From NCBI GenBank assembly GCA_020633625.1, contig JACKDJ010000013.1:29046-93045 (forward strand): a DNA stretch of 64,000 bases, written 5' to 3'. The notes beneath the pieces are model-generated. The model was not told the origin of the DNA. It worked only from the letters and a program-made list of their open reading frames with translations, and made no database searches. The stretch is from Myxococcales bacterium (GTDB lineage Bacteria > Myxococcota_A > Bradymonadia > REDH01). Positions 39,534-47,771 of this stretch are shown here, piece after piece (position 1 is the stretch's first letter; every line of letters begins with the position of its first letter). The position numbers and the translations under genes were made by a program.

Positions 39534-39607
39534 CCCGGCCTGCGCGTGCATTGACAGCGTCGGTCGCTTCACGCGATACGTAACGCTGCCCCAGACCCCA
39601 TGACGCC

Positions 39608-41722
39608 GTGATCTTCAACAAGCGTTTCGGACGGTACACGCTCGTCAAAAAGCTCGCGATGGGGGGCATGGCCGAGGTCTACCTCGGGCTCAAGCGCGGC
39701 CCGGACCGGTTCGAGAAGCTCGTCGCGCTCAAGATGCTCCACACGCATCTGGCCGACGACCCGGCGCACGTCGAGATGTTCTACCGCGAGGCGCGGCTCG
39801 GAGGCGTCTTCGACCACCCGAACCTCATCCGGGTGTTCGACGCCGACGTCATCGACTCGCGTCACGCGATGCTCATGGAGTTCGTGCCGGGGCAGACCGT
39901 GGAGGCCCTCGCGACGCGGCTACGCGAGCGTGGCGAGTCGCTGCCGGCGCCGATGGCCCTGGCGATCGTCTCCGACGCGGCGAACGGTCTCCACCACGCG
40001 CACACCGCACGTGACCTCGACGGCACCGCGCTGAACGTCGTGCATCGCGACATCAGCCCGCAGAACATCCTGGTCGGTCACGACGGCTCGGTGCGCGTCT
40101 TCGACTTCGGCGTCGCGGTCGCGTCGACCGCGTCGGGCCAGGGGCAGCTCGCGGGCAAGACGGCGTACATGTCGCCGGAGCAGTGCCGCGGAAAGAACGT
40201 CGACGCCCGCAGCGACGTGTTCGCGCTCGGCATCGTGCTCCACGAACTGCTGTGTGGGCAGCCGCTGTTCAAGCGCGAGAACCACATCAAGTCGATCCGC
40301 GCGATCACCGAGGAGGACGCGCCGGCCCCGAGCACACTCCGTGAAGGCCTCGACCCGGCCATCGACGCGATCGTCAGCAAGGCGCTCAGCCGCGAGGTCG
40401 CCGACCGGTACGCCTCTGCGTGGGAGCTGCACGTCGCGCTCGCCGACTACCTCGCTCACCACGAACTCGTCGTGCACGAGCGCGAGGTCGCCGCCCTCGT
40501 CGACAGTCAGTTCAAGGCGGAAAACGAGGAGATCTCTGCGGTCGTCCAGAAGATCCTGCTCGCGCCCGAGCAGTCGGACGCCACGATCGACCTGTCGACC
40601 TTCGACCTCAAGGCCGCCGCGAAGCAGGCCGACGTCGGAATCCAGACACGCCTCGAGAGCGACGGAGGCGACTCGCCGCTCGCGAAGGCCGCCAGCGAGA
40701 GCCTCAGGCCCGCGAGCGCGCCGCTCGACGGAGTCGCGAACGCAGCGCTGATGGACCAGCTCTCTCGCGCGCGCCGGCGTGGCACGCTCCTCACCGTCGT
40801 CGCGCTCTTCGCTGTCGCCCTCGCCCTCGCCGCATGGCTGCGCCCGCGGCCCCCGGCGATGGAGGCCGCCGCGCCGGTCGCCGCCGGCCCGTCGCTGGTC
40901 GAGGTGCCCGTGGAGTCCATCCCGCCCGGCGCGACCATCACGGTCGACGGCGTCGACCGTGGAGAGCGGACCCCCGCGCGAATCTTGCTGGCTGGAGATC
41001 AGAGCGTCGTCCTCGGACTCTCGCTCGACGGCTACGTCTCGCAACAGGTGCCCCTCACGCCGAGCGCGTCGAACCCGACCGCCGCCCGCGTCACCGCCGA
41101 GCTGCAGATCGACCCAGACTCGGCGCTCGCGCCGATCGGCGCCGTCAGGATCGTCGTGAACCCGCCCGACGCGGAGGTGTTCGTCGACGGCGACCGCGCA
41201 GGAGCCGGCTCCCCCGTGCTCGTAGAGGGGCTCGTCTTGAACCGGGAACACCAGCTCCGCGTCGCGAAGCAGGGGTACGAGACGCTGCACTTCCCGGTCA
41301 CACTCGACAACGCCGACATCCTCGAGATCCAGCTCGACCTCGCAGAGGCGGTCGAGCTCGGCACCGTCACGATCACGTCACGCCCGCCCCGCGCGGAGGT
41401 CTTCATCAACGGTGACCGGGTTGGCGAGACGCCCATCGAGCGACTCGAGCTGCCCGCCAACCAGACGTACACCGTCGAGGTGCGGCGCGCCGGTGCTCCG
41501 CGTTGGCGTCGCGCGATCGTGCTGCGCGCCGGAGCCGATGAGACGCTGCTCGCGGACCTCGGCGTCCGCGACGACGCGGCAGAGCCGACCGCTGCCCCGG
41601 CGACCGGCGAGCCGGCGACGGGCCGCCCGGCGACGCCGACGGCAGAGCCCACGCCGACTCCCGAGCCCGAACCGGTCCCCGAGCCGGAGCCGGAGCCGCG
41701 ATACCAGCTGCTCACCGACTGA
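39608..41722 (+). CDS. Ser/Thr protein kinase with a TM segment and three C-terminal PEGA domains
   Basis: Hanks motifs 'LAMGGMAEVY', 'VALK', 'HRDISPQN', 'DFG', 'YMSPE'. TM 'LLTVVALFAVALALAAWL'. PEGA-type 'SIPPGATITVDG', 'VNPPDAEVFVDG', 'SRPPRAEVFINGDRVGETP'. Confidence 0.9.
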   Translation: MIFNKRFGRYTLVKKLAMGGMAEVYLGLKRGPDRFEKLVALKMLHTHLADDPAHVEMFYREARLGGVFDHPNLIRVFDADVIDSRHAMLMEFVPGQTVEALATRLRERGESLPAPMALAIVSDAANGLHHAHTARDLDGTALNVVHRDISPQNILVGHDGSVRVFDFGVAVASTASGQGQLAGKTAYMSPEQCRGKNVDARSDVFALGIVLHELLCGQPLFKRENHIKSIRAITEEDAPAPSTLREGLDPAIDAIVSKALSREVADRYASAWELHVALADYLAHHELVVHEREVAALVDSQFKAENEEISAVVQKILLAPEQSDATIDLSTFDLKAAAKQADVGIQTRLESDGGDSPLAKAASESLRPASAPLDGVANAALMDQLSRARRRGTLLTVVALFAVALALAAWLRPRPPAMEAAAPVAAGPSLVEVPVESIPPGATITVDGVDRGERTPARILLAGDQSVVLGLSLDGYVSQQVPLTPSASNPTAARVTAELQIDPDSALAPIGAVRIVVNPPDAEVFVDGDRAGAGSPVLVEGLVLNREHQLRVAKQGYETLHFPVTLDNADILEIQLDLAEAVELGTVTITSRPPRAEVFINGDRVGETPIERLELPANQTYTVEVRRAGAPRWRRAIVLRAGADETLLADLGVRDDAAEPTAAPATGEPATGRPATPTAEPTPTPEPEPVPEPEPEPRYQLLTD

Positions 41723-41799
41723 GGAGCGTCTGCGTCGGCGGCGGCGCGTCGGGCGTCAGCGCCGGCACCGATCGCTGCGTCGAATGCCGCGGTCTCCGA

Positions 41800-44433
41800 T
41801 CAGCCGCCTAGCTGCGCGACCGCGGCGGTGAACGCGCCGAGCGCACGCTCGATGCCGCCGACGTCCTGCCCACCCGCCTGCGCCAGGGTTGGCTTTCCGC
41901 CCCCCTTACCGCCGACCTCCGCGGCCGCCACCGCGACGAGGCGACCAGCGTTCGCGCCCTTCGCGACCGCAGCGTCGGTGGCAATTGCGATGAGCGCGGG
42001 CTTGTCATCGATGGCACCGACGAGCAGGGCCACCGCGGGACCCGTCAGTCGGTCCCGGAGGGCGTCGGCGATCGCGAGTAGCTCGCTGCGGGTCGACGCA
42101 GAAGACCGCGCGGCCACGAGCGCAAACCCGCCGACGCTCCGCGCCGCCGCGACGAGCTCCGCGGCGACGCCGCCTGCCTGAGCCACAGTGAGCGCCTCGA
42201 CCCGCCGCTCGAGCTCCCGATTCTCGGTGAGCAGACGCTGAATCTTCTCTTCGATCGCGCCGACGGGCGCGCGGAGAAGGTCGGCGATCTCGGCGATGCG
42301 CGCACGCTCGGCTTCCGCGTGCTCGAACGCGCGCTCATTCGTGACGGCCTCGATCCGCCGAACCCCGGCCGCGACGCCGCTCTCGGAGACGATGCGCAGG
42401 TAAGCGATGTCGTTGGTCTCGCGGACGTGTGTCCCGCCGCAGAGCTCGGTCGATGTGCCCGGGACCTCGATGACGCGAACCTCGGCGCCGTACTTCTCGC
42501 CGAAGATCATCATCGCCCCCATCCGCTCGGCGTCTTCGAGCCGAACGTTGAGGTGCGTCTTGATCGGTGCGTTCTCGCGGATGCGGCTGTTCACCCATGC
42601 CTCGATCGCTCGAAGCTTGTCGGTCGCCACGGGCTGGTCGTGCGAGAAGTCGAACCGAAGGCGCTCGGCCGAGACGTGCGAGCCGGCCTGGAAGGCGGTC
42701 TCGCTGACGAACTTATGGAGCGCGGCGTGCAGCAGGTGCGTCGCGGTGTGGTTGCAGGCCGTGAGGTGCCGCAGCTCTGCGTCGACCGTCGCGGCGACGG
42801 GCTTGCGCAGCTTCTCTGCCGCGAGGTGGCCGTTGATCACCTCGCACACATGCGTGATCCCGGCCGTCGTCTTGCGCGTGTCGACGACGCGGAGCTCGAG
42901 GGTGCCGTCCTCGGAGAGGAGGGTGCCGCGGTCACCGACCTGTCCGCCGGACTCGGCGTAGAAGGGCGTCTCGCGCAGACAGACCTCCACGCGGCCGCTC
43001 TCGTCGGTGCGGTACCGGAGGACGTCGCTGACGGCGGTCAGATGCTCGTAGCCGACGAATGTGTCGGCCGCGCCGTCCATGAGGATGACCCACTCCCCGG
43101 CGCCGGCGTAGCGGTCGTCGGCGGCGCGGCTGCGCTCGCGCTGTGCCTGCATCGCGGCTTGGTAGCCGTTCTTGTCGATACTCAGGCCGCGCTCTTCTGC
43201 CATGATCTCAGTAAGATCCGGCGGAAAACCGAACGTGTCGTAGAGCTTGAAGACCGAGTCGCCGTCGATCACCTTGCGTCCGGCCGCCGTCGTGTCGGCG
43301 GCGACGGACTCGAACAGCTCGATGCCGCGGTCGATCGTGCGGAAGAACCGCGCCTCCTCGGTGCGAATGATGGTCTTCGCCTCGGAGCCCTTCAGTCGCA
43401 GCTCGGGATAGACGTGCTGGAACGTCTCGATGACCGCGTCTGCGACGTCGCAGAGGAAGGGGGCGCCGAAGCCGAGCTCGCGGCCGTGCCGCACCGCGCG
43501 ACGGAGGATGCGGCGCAGGACGTACCCGCGCCCCTCGTTCGAGAAGGTCGCGCCGTCGCAGACGCTGAACGTGACGGTGCGAACGTGGTCGGCGATGACG
43601 CAGTAGGCCGTGAAGTCCGGGCGCCCGTGGAGGTCTGCGGCGGCGACGTGCTCGCCGGTGAGCAGCGCGTGGGTGCGCTCGAGGATCGGGCCGAAGAGGC
43701 CGGTCTGGAAGACGTTGTCGACGCCCGCCAGGATCGCCGCGACGCGGTCGAGGCCCATGCCCGTGTCGACGGACTGCATCGGCAGCGGCGTCAGGTCGCC
43801 GGTCTCTTCGGCGTTCGACTCCATGAAGACCAGGTTCCAGATCTCCATGAACCGCTCGTCGTCGAAGCCGGGTTCCCATGGCTCCGGCCCGCGCTCGGGG
43901 TGGTGGTCGTAGTAGATCTCGGTGCAAGGACCGCACGGGCCGGTCGGCCCCATCGCCCAGAAGTTGTCGGACGTGAGCTTGACGATGCGCGTCGGCGCGA
44001 GCCCGACGACCTCGTTCCAGATTCGGTAGCTGTCGGCGTCGTCGACGTGGACGGAGACATACAGGCGGTCCCGGTCGAGCTTCAGGCGGTCGAGCACGAA
44101 CTCCCACGCCCAGAGGATGGCTTCGCGCTTGTAGTACTCGCCGAACGACCAGTTCCCGAGCATCTCGAAGAACGTCAGGTGCCGCCCGTCCTTGCCGACC
44201 TCGTCGAGGTCGTTGTGCTTGCCACCGGCCCGAATGCACTTCTGCACGCTGGCCGCCCGCACATAGTCTCGCTTCTCCAGCCCGAGGAGGACGTCCTTGA
44301 ACTGGTTCATCCCGGCGTTGGTGAACAGCAGCGTCGGGTCGCCCTCGGGGACGACGGGCGACGACGCGACCACGCGGTGTTGCTTGGATGCGAAGAAGTC
44401 GAGGTATGCGGCGCGAAGCTGGTCGGGCGTCAT
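41800..44433 (-). CDS. alaS: alanine--tRNA ligase
   Basis: 877 aa. 'FTNAGMNQFK', 'RAASVQKCIRAGGKHNDLDEVG', 'HLTFFEMLGNWSFGDYYK'-like, editing-domain 'HTATHLLH' and 'CGGTHV', and a C-terminal DHHA1-like region. Confidence 0.97.
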   Translation of the reverse strand: MTPDQLRAAYLDFFASKQHRVVASSPVVPEGDPTLLFTNAGMNQFKDVLLGLEKRDYVRAASVQKCIRAGGKHNDLDEVGKDGRHLTFFEMLGNWSFGEYYKREAILWAWEFVLDRLKLDRDRLYVSVHVDDADSYRIWNEVVGLAPTRIVKLTSDNFWAMGPTGPCGPCTEIYYDHHPERGPEPWEPGFDDERFMEIWNLVFMESNAEETGDLTPLPMQSVDTGMGLDRVAAILAGVDNVFQTGLFGPILERTHALLTGEHVAAADLHGRPDFTAYCVIADHVRTVTFSVCDGATFSNEGRGYVLRRILRRAVRHGRELGFGAPFLCDVADAVIETFQHVYPELRLKGSEAKTIIRTEEARFFRTIDRGIELFESVAADTTAAGRKVIDGDSVFKLYDTFGFPPDLTEIMAEERGLSIDKNGYQAAMQAQRERSRAADDRYAGAGEWVILMDGAADTFVGYEHLTAVSDVLRYRTDESGRVEVCLRETPFYAESGGQVGDRGTLLSEDGTLELRVVDTRKTTAGITHVCEVINGHLAAEKLRKPVAATVDAELRHLTACNHTATHLLHAALHKFVSETAFQAGSHVSAERLRFDFSHDQPVATDKLRAIEAWVNSRIRENAPIKTHLNVRLEDAERMGAMMIFGEKYGAEVRVIEVPGTSTELCGGTHVRETNDIAYLRIVSESGVAAGVRRIEAVTNERAFEHAEAERARIAEIADLLRAPVGAIEEKIQRLLTENRELERRVEALTVAQAGGVAAELVAAARSVGGFALVAARSSASTRSELLAIADALRDRLTGPAVALLVGAIDDKPALIAIATDAAVAKGANAGRLVAVAAAEVGGKGGGKPTLAQAGGQDVGGIERALGAFTAAVAQLGG

Positions 44434-44469
44434 CGGTGGTCGTTGGGGTGTAGGGGAGGGCGACCGGGG

Positions 44470-44973
44470 TCAGTCCTCGTCGACTTCGAAGTCGTCGCCG
44501 TCGAGCCCGTGGGGGTGACCGTGCTCGATCTCCTCGCGCGTCGCGTCGCGGACCGACACGACCTCGACGGTGAAGACCAGCGTCTCGTCGGCAAGCGGGT
44601 GATTGTGATCGACGAGGACCGTGTCGCCCTCGACGTCGAAGATCCAGACGGGGGCCTCCGAGCCGTCTTCGGCTTCTGCGACGAACTCCATGCCGGGCTC
44701 GAGCTCGGCGTCGTCGGGGAACTCGGAGCGCGGCACTTCCTGTGGCGGGAGGCCGTCGTGGAGCCCGTAGCCCTCCTCGGGGGGCACGGTGACGGTGAAC
44801 TTGTCACCGACCTTCTTCCCGGCGAGCGCGGCCTCGAGCCCGGGGACGATGTTCTCGGCGCCGTGGAGGTACGGCATCGGGCCGTCTTCCTCGGTGGTGT
44901 CGAGGACCTCTCCCTCTTCGTCGGTCATTGTGAAGTGGATGGCGACGACCTTTCCGTCCTGGACTGTGCTCAC
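44470..44973 (-). CDS. slyD: FKBP-type peptidyl-prolyl cis-trans isomerase SlyD
   Basis: 'VVAIHFTMTDEEGEVLDTT', 'YLHG..NIVPGLEAALAGKKVGDKF', and an IF-domain insert 'NHPLAD.TLVFTVEV'. Short acidic/His tail 'HGHPHGLDGDD'. Confidence 0.88.
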   Translation of the reverse strand: MSTVQDGKVVAIHFTMTDEEGEVLDTTEEDGPMPYLHGAENIVPGLEAALAGKKVGDKFTVTVPPEEGYGLHDGLPPQEVPRSEFPDDAELEPGMEFVAEAEDGSEAPVWIFDVEGDTVLVDHNHPLADETLVFTVEVVSVRDATREEIEHGHPHGLDGDDFEVDED

Positions 44974-45103
44974 GGTGCTCCTGTGGCTTCGGGTCGCGTC
45001 GCCATAGCCGCACGAGTGCGTTGGCGCAATCGTGCATGTCGGATCGACGCGCGTGCCGATCCGGGAGTTGCGCGTCGGCGCGATCCGCGCGACTGTCGCC
45101 CCG

Positions 45104-46234
45104 ATGAGCGAGCCGGGTCCTCAGCCGAAGCCGTCCGCGGCGTCGCCACGAGCGGCGGGCGTCGCCGTGAGCGCGACGCGCGGCACCGAGCGGCTCCGCG
45201 TGCTCGTACGCGCCACGCTGCTGCTGCTCGGGGTGTGCGCGGTCGGGACGGTCGGCTACAAACTCATCGGCGGGCCGACTGCGACATGGCTCGACGCCGC
45301 GTACATGACGGGGATCACACTGACGACCGTCGGCTACGAGGAGGTCATCGACCTCTCCGGGTCGCCGTCAGGGCGAATCTTCACGCTCGCGCTGCTCGTC
45401 TCCGGCGTCGGCACGTTCGTCTACTTCTTCTCCCAAATCATGGGCTTCATCGTCGAGGGGTCCCTCGACCGCTTTTACGTGAGGCTGAGGATGCAACGGC
45501 ACATCGCGTCGCTGACCGACCACTACATCGTCTGTGGTGCGAGCCACACCGGCGTCCACGTCGTCGAGGAGCTTCGCCGCGCCCGTCGGAGCGTCGTCCT
45601 CGTGGATCGCGACTCGGACGCCGCGCACGCCGCCTACGACGCGAGCGCCGGAGGGCTCGCGTGCGTCGTCGGAGATGCTACCGACGACGACATCTTGCGG
45701 CAGGCGGGCATCGAGAGAGCACGCGGCCTGGTCGCCTGCTTTTCGAGCGACAAGGACAACCTGATCGTCGCCTTCTCGGCACGCGCGCTCGCACCGGGAC
45801 TCCGCATCGTTTGCCGCTGCGTCGACGACCGGGTCGCCCCCAAGATTCGTCACGCAGGCGCCGACGCGGTCATCTCGCCGAACTCGATCGGTGGGCTTCG
45901 GATGGTGTCGGAGCTGGTCCGACCGATCTCGGTCAGCTACTTCGACTCGATGGTCCGCGCGCACGACGGCGAGCTCGCGCTCGAGGAGCTGACGGTGCGG
46001 CGGGAGACGGCGCTGGACGGGATGACGCTGCGAGAGCTGCGCTCGGCGCGGGGCGTGGACGTGCTGGTGGTCGCCTTGCACGACGAGGAGGCTGAGTCGC
46101 GCGGTGAGCGCCGCTGGCGTCACAACCCGGACGGAGCCGCAGAGCTGCGCGCGGGGACGACGATGGTGTTTGTCGGCGGGGCGGTCGCGCGGGCGGAGCT
46201 CGAGCGTCTCGCGGCAGCGCCAAAGCAGGTGTGA
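45104..46234 (+). CDS. 2TM K+-channel-like protein with an RCK (TrkA-N/TrkA-C) domain; atypical TVGYE filter
   Basis: Pore region 'YMTGITLTTVGYEEV' between two hydrophobic helices. Rossmann 'HYIVCGASHTGVHVVEEL' and TrkA-C-like 'GMTLRELR...GVDVLVVAL'. ATG 45104 preferred over 45032. Confidence 0.8.
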   Translation: MSEPGPQPKPSAASPRAAGVAVSATRGTERLRVLVRATLLLLGVCAVGTVGYKLIGGPTATWLDAAYMTGITLTTVGYEEVIDLSGSPSGRIFTLALLVSGVGTFVYFFSQIMGFIVEGSLDRFYVRLRMQRHIASLTDHYIVCGASHTGVHVVEELRRARRSVVLVDRDSDAAHAAYDASAGGLACVVGDATDDDILRQAGIERARGLVACFSSDKDNLIVAFSARALAPGLRIVCRCVDDRVAPKIRHAGADAVISPNSIGGLRMVSELVRPISVSYFDSMVRAHDGELALEELTVRRETALDGMTLRELRSARGVDVLVVALHDEEAESRGERRWRHNPDGAAELRAGTTMVFVGGAVARAELERLAAAPKQV

Positions 46235-46337
46235 GCGCCACGCCCGGCGTAGCGCAGCCGATGTTGCGTCGCCGGTGGTCCGCGTTGATCGGCTGGCGCC
46301 GGGGCGTTCGGATCAGCCAGCGGCGCGGCCAAAAACG

Positions 46338-46366
46338 GCAGGAGCCCCGACTAGCGGGGCTCCTGC
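46338..46366 (-). terminator. rho-independent terminator of the RRM-protein gene
   Basis: Perfect 12-bp GC-rich stem GCAGGAGCCCCG / CGGGGCTCCTGC with a 5-nt loop. On the minus strand it is followed by CGTTTTTGG (plus-strand AAAAA at 46331-46335). It lies 28 nt downstream of the stop at 46394. Confidence 0.65.
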
Positions 46367-46393
46367 ATGGGTCGCGCTAGGGCGCGCCGCGGG

Positions 46394-46741
46394 CTACCAG
46401 CGGTTGCCGCCGCGCCCGCCGCGATCGCCACCGCCGCCGCCGCCGCCGCGCGGGCCGCCACGGAAGCCGCCGCCGCCGCCGCCGCCGCCCTGCGGACGGT
46501 CCTGCGCCTCGTTGACGTTCAGGTTGCGCCCGTCGAGCGAGGCGCCGTTCATCGCCTGCATCGCCGCGTCGCCCTCGGACGGGTTCGAGAAGGTGACGAA
46601 GCCGAAGCCGCGGCTGCGGCCCGTCTCGCGGTCGGTAATGACCTTGGCGTCGGTCACCTCGCCGAACGGCTCGAAGGCGGCGCGGAGGTCCGCGTCGGTA
46701 GTGTTCCAGCTGAGGCTGCCAACGAAGAGTTTCTTGGACAT
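46394..46741 (-). CDS. glycine-rich RNA-binding protein (single RRM)
   Basis: 'KLFVGSLSW' (RNP2) and 'RSRGFGFVTF' (RNP1), followed by a 'GGGGGGGFRGGPRGGGGGGGDRGGRGG' tail. ATG 46741 ('MSKKLFVG') preferred over the ORF-track 46798. Confidence 0.9.
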   Translation of the reverse strand: MSKKLFVGSLSWNTTDADLRAAFEPFGEVTDAKVITDRETGRSRGFGFVTFSNPSEGDAAMQAMNGASLDGRNLNVNEAQDRPQGGGGGGGGFRGGPRGGGGGGGDRGGRGGNRW

Positions 46742-46982
46742 GAGTTCTCGACTTCTCCGCGCCGTCTCGTTACGGCGCCTTGGTGGGGCCTGGGGCATGC
46801 CCCCATGGGCTGGTTCGGCGCAGGATCACCCCGAACCCTCGAACCCCAGGCTGGCCACGCACTAGGACGAACGAGCGTTTACCATCCCAGAGCGCGTCGA
46901 GCCAAAAGAAATCGACTCTCCGCGCACATCAGGCGATCCACGGCGCCCCGCACACCCGAGCTGGACCCACACCCAAGCCCGA

Positions 46983-47591
46983 ATGACCCGCGCCAACTAC
47001 GCTTCTCTCCGCTGCCAAAGATGCCGCGTTCACCTCGCGAACTGCGTCTGCCACCTCGCCACCCAGGTGTCGACGGCCACCCGTGTCGTCGTCGTCATGC
47101 ACCGGCGAGAGGTCGACAAGCCCACCAACACCGGGCGAATCGCGCTCATGTGTCTCCCCAACAGCGAGCTCCGCGTGCGCGGCGAGGAATCGCAGCCGCT
47201 CGACCTCTCCGATCTGGTCACCCCTGACCGGCGCCTCTGGCTCCTCTTCCCGTCGCCGAGCGCCATCACCGTCGACGAGGCCGTCGCTGGGGCCGACAGC
47301 GACGACCGCCCCATCACGCTGGTCGTCCCCGATGGCACGTGGGGGCAGGCTCGACGGTTCGTGAACCGAACCCCTGCGCTCGAGCGCGCACGACACGTCG
47401 TCCCGGCGCCAGGCCCGCCGACGCGCTATCGCCTTCGCCGGGAGCATGTCGACAGCGGACTCGCAACCGCGGAGGCGATCGCGCGAACCCTTCGCGTGAT
47501 CGACGGGCCAGAGCCCGCCGACGTCATCGAGACGGTCTTCGACGCCACCGTCGCCCACATGCTGCGAGCGCGCGGCGCCACGGTCGACTAG
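46983..47591 (+). CDS. DTW-domain tRNA-uridine aminocarboxypropyltransferase (TapT/YfiP-like)
   Basis: N-terminal Cys cluster 'CQRCRVHLANCVC', 'TNTGR', and the diagnostic 'LVVPDGTWGQARR' (DTW motif). Confidence 0.8.
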   Translation: MTRANYASLRCQRCRVHLANCVCHLATQVSTATRVVVVMHRREVDKPTNTGRIALMCLPNSELRVRGEESQPLDLSDLVTPDRRLWLLFPSPSAITVDEAVAGADSDDRPITLVVPDGTWGQARRFVNRTPALERARHVVPAPGPPTRYRLRREHVDSGLATAEAIARTLRVIDGPEPADVIETVFDATVAHMLRARGATVD

Positions 47592-47771
47592 GCCGTCGCG
47601 GCCGGCGGGCGACGTCGGCGCCCGCGAGTCGATCACGGCGGTCTGGCTGGCGCCATACGTCGCTGCACGCTAGGCTTCGACCGCCCGCGCGCCGCTCCGT
47701 GCACCGCGCGGAGTCTTCGCGACCCGGTTCGACGAACGGACCCGGCGGCCGCGCCTCGCACGCAACCGAGA

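Noticed and set aside
39551-39582. TTGACA upstream of the Ser/Thr kinase gene, and TTGACC at 30775 upstream of the 30853 ORF, considered as promoters.
   Set aside because: The -35 matches are good, but no convincing -10 hexamer (TAnnnT) lies at a 16-19-nt spacing; the candidates are GATACG/TACGTA and TAGCGG. They are too weak to list as features.
42319-46095. A 1258-aa plus-strand ORF spanning the antisense of alaS and slyD and an alternative frame of the K+ channel gene.
   Set aside because: The opposite or alternative frames encode complete AlaRS, SlyD and channel/RCK proteins with clear motifs. This ORF's product degenerates into Arg-rich strings such as 'RRRARVRRRRCYRRRH'. It is a compositional artefact.
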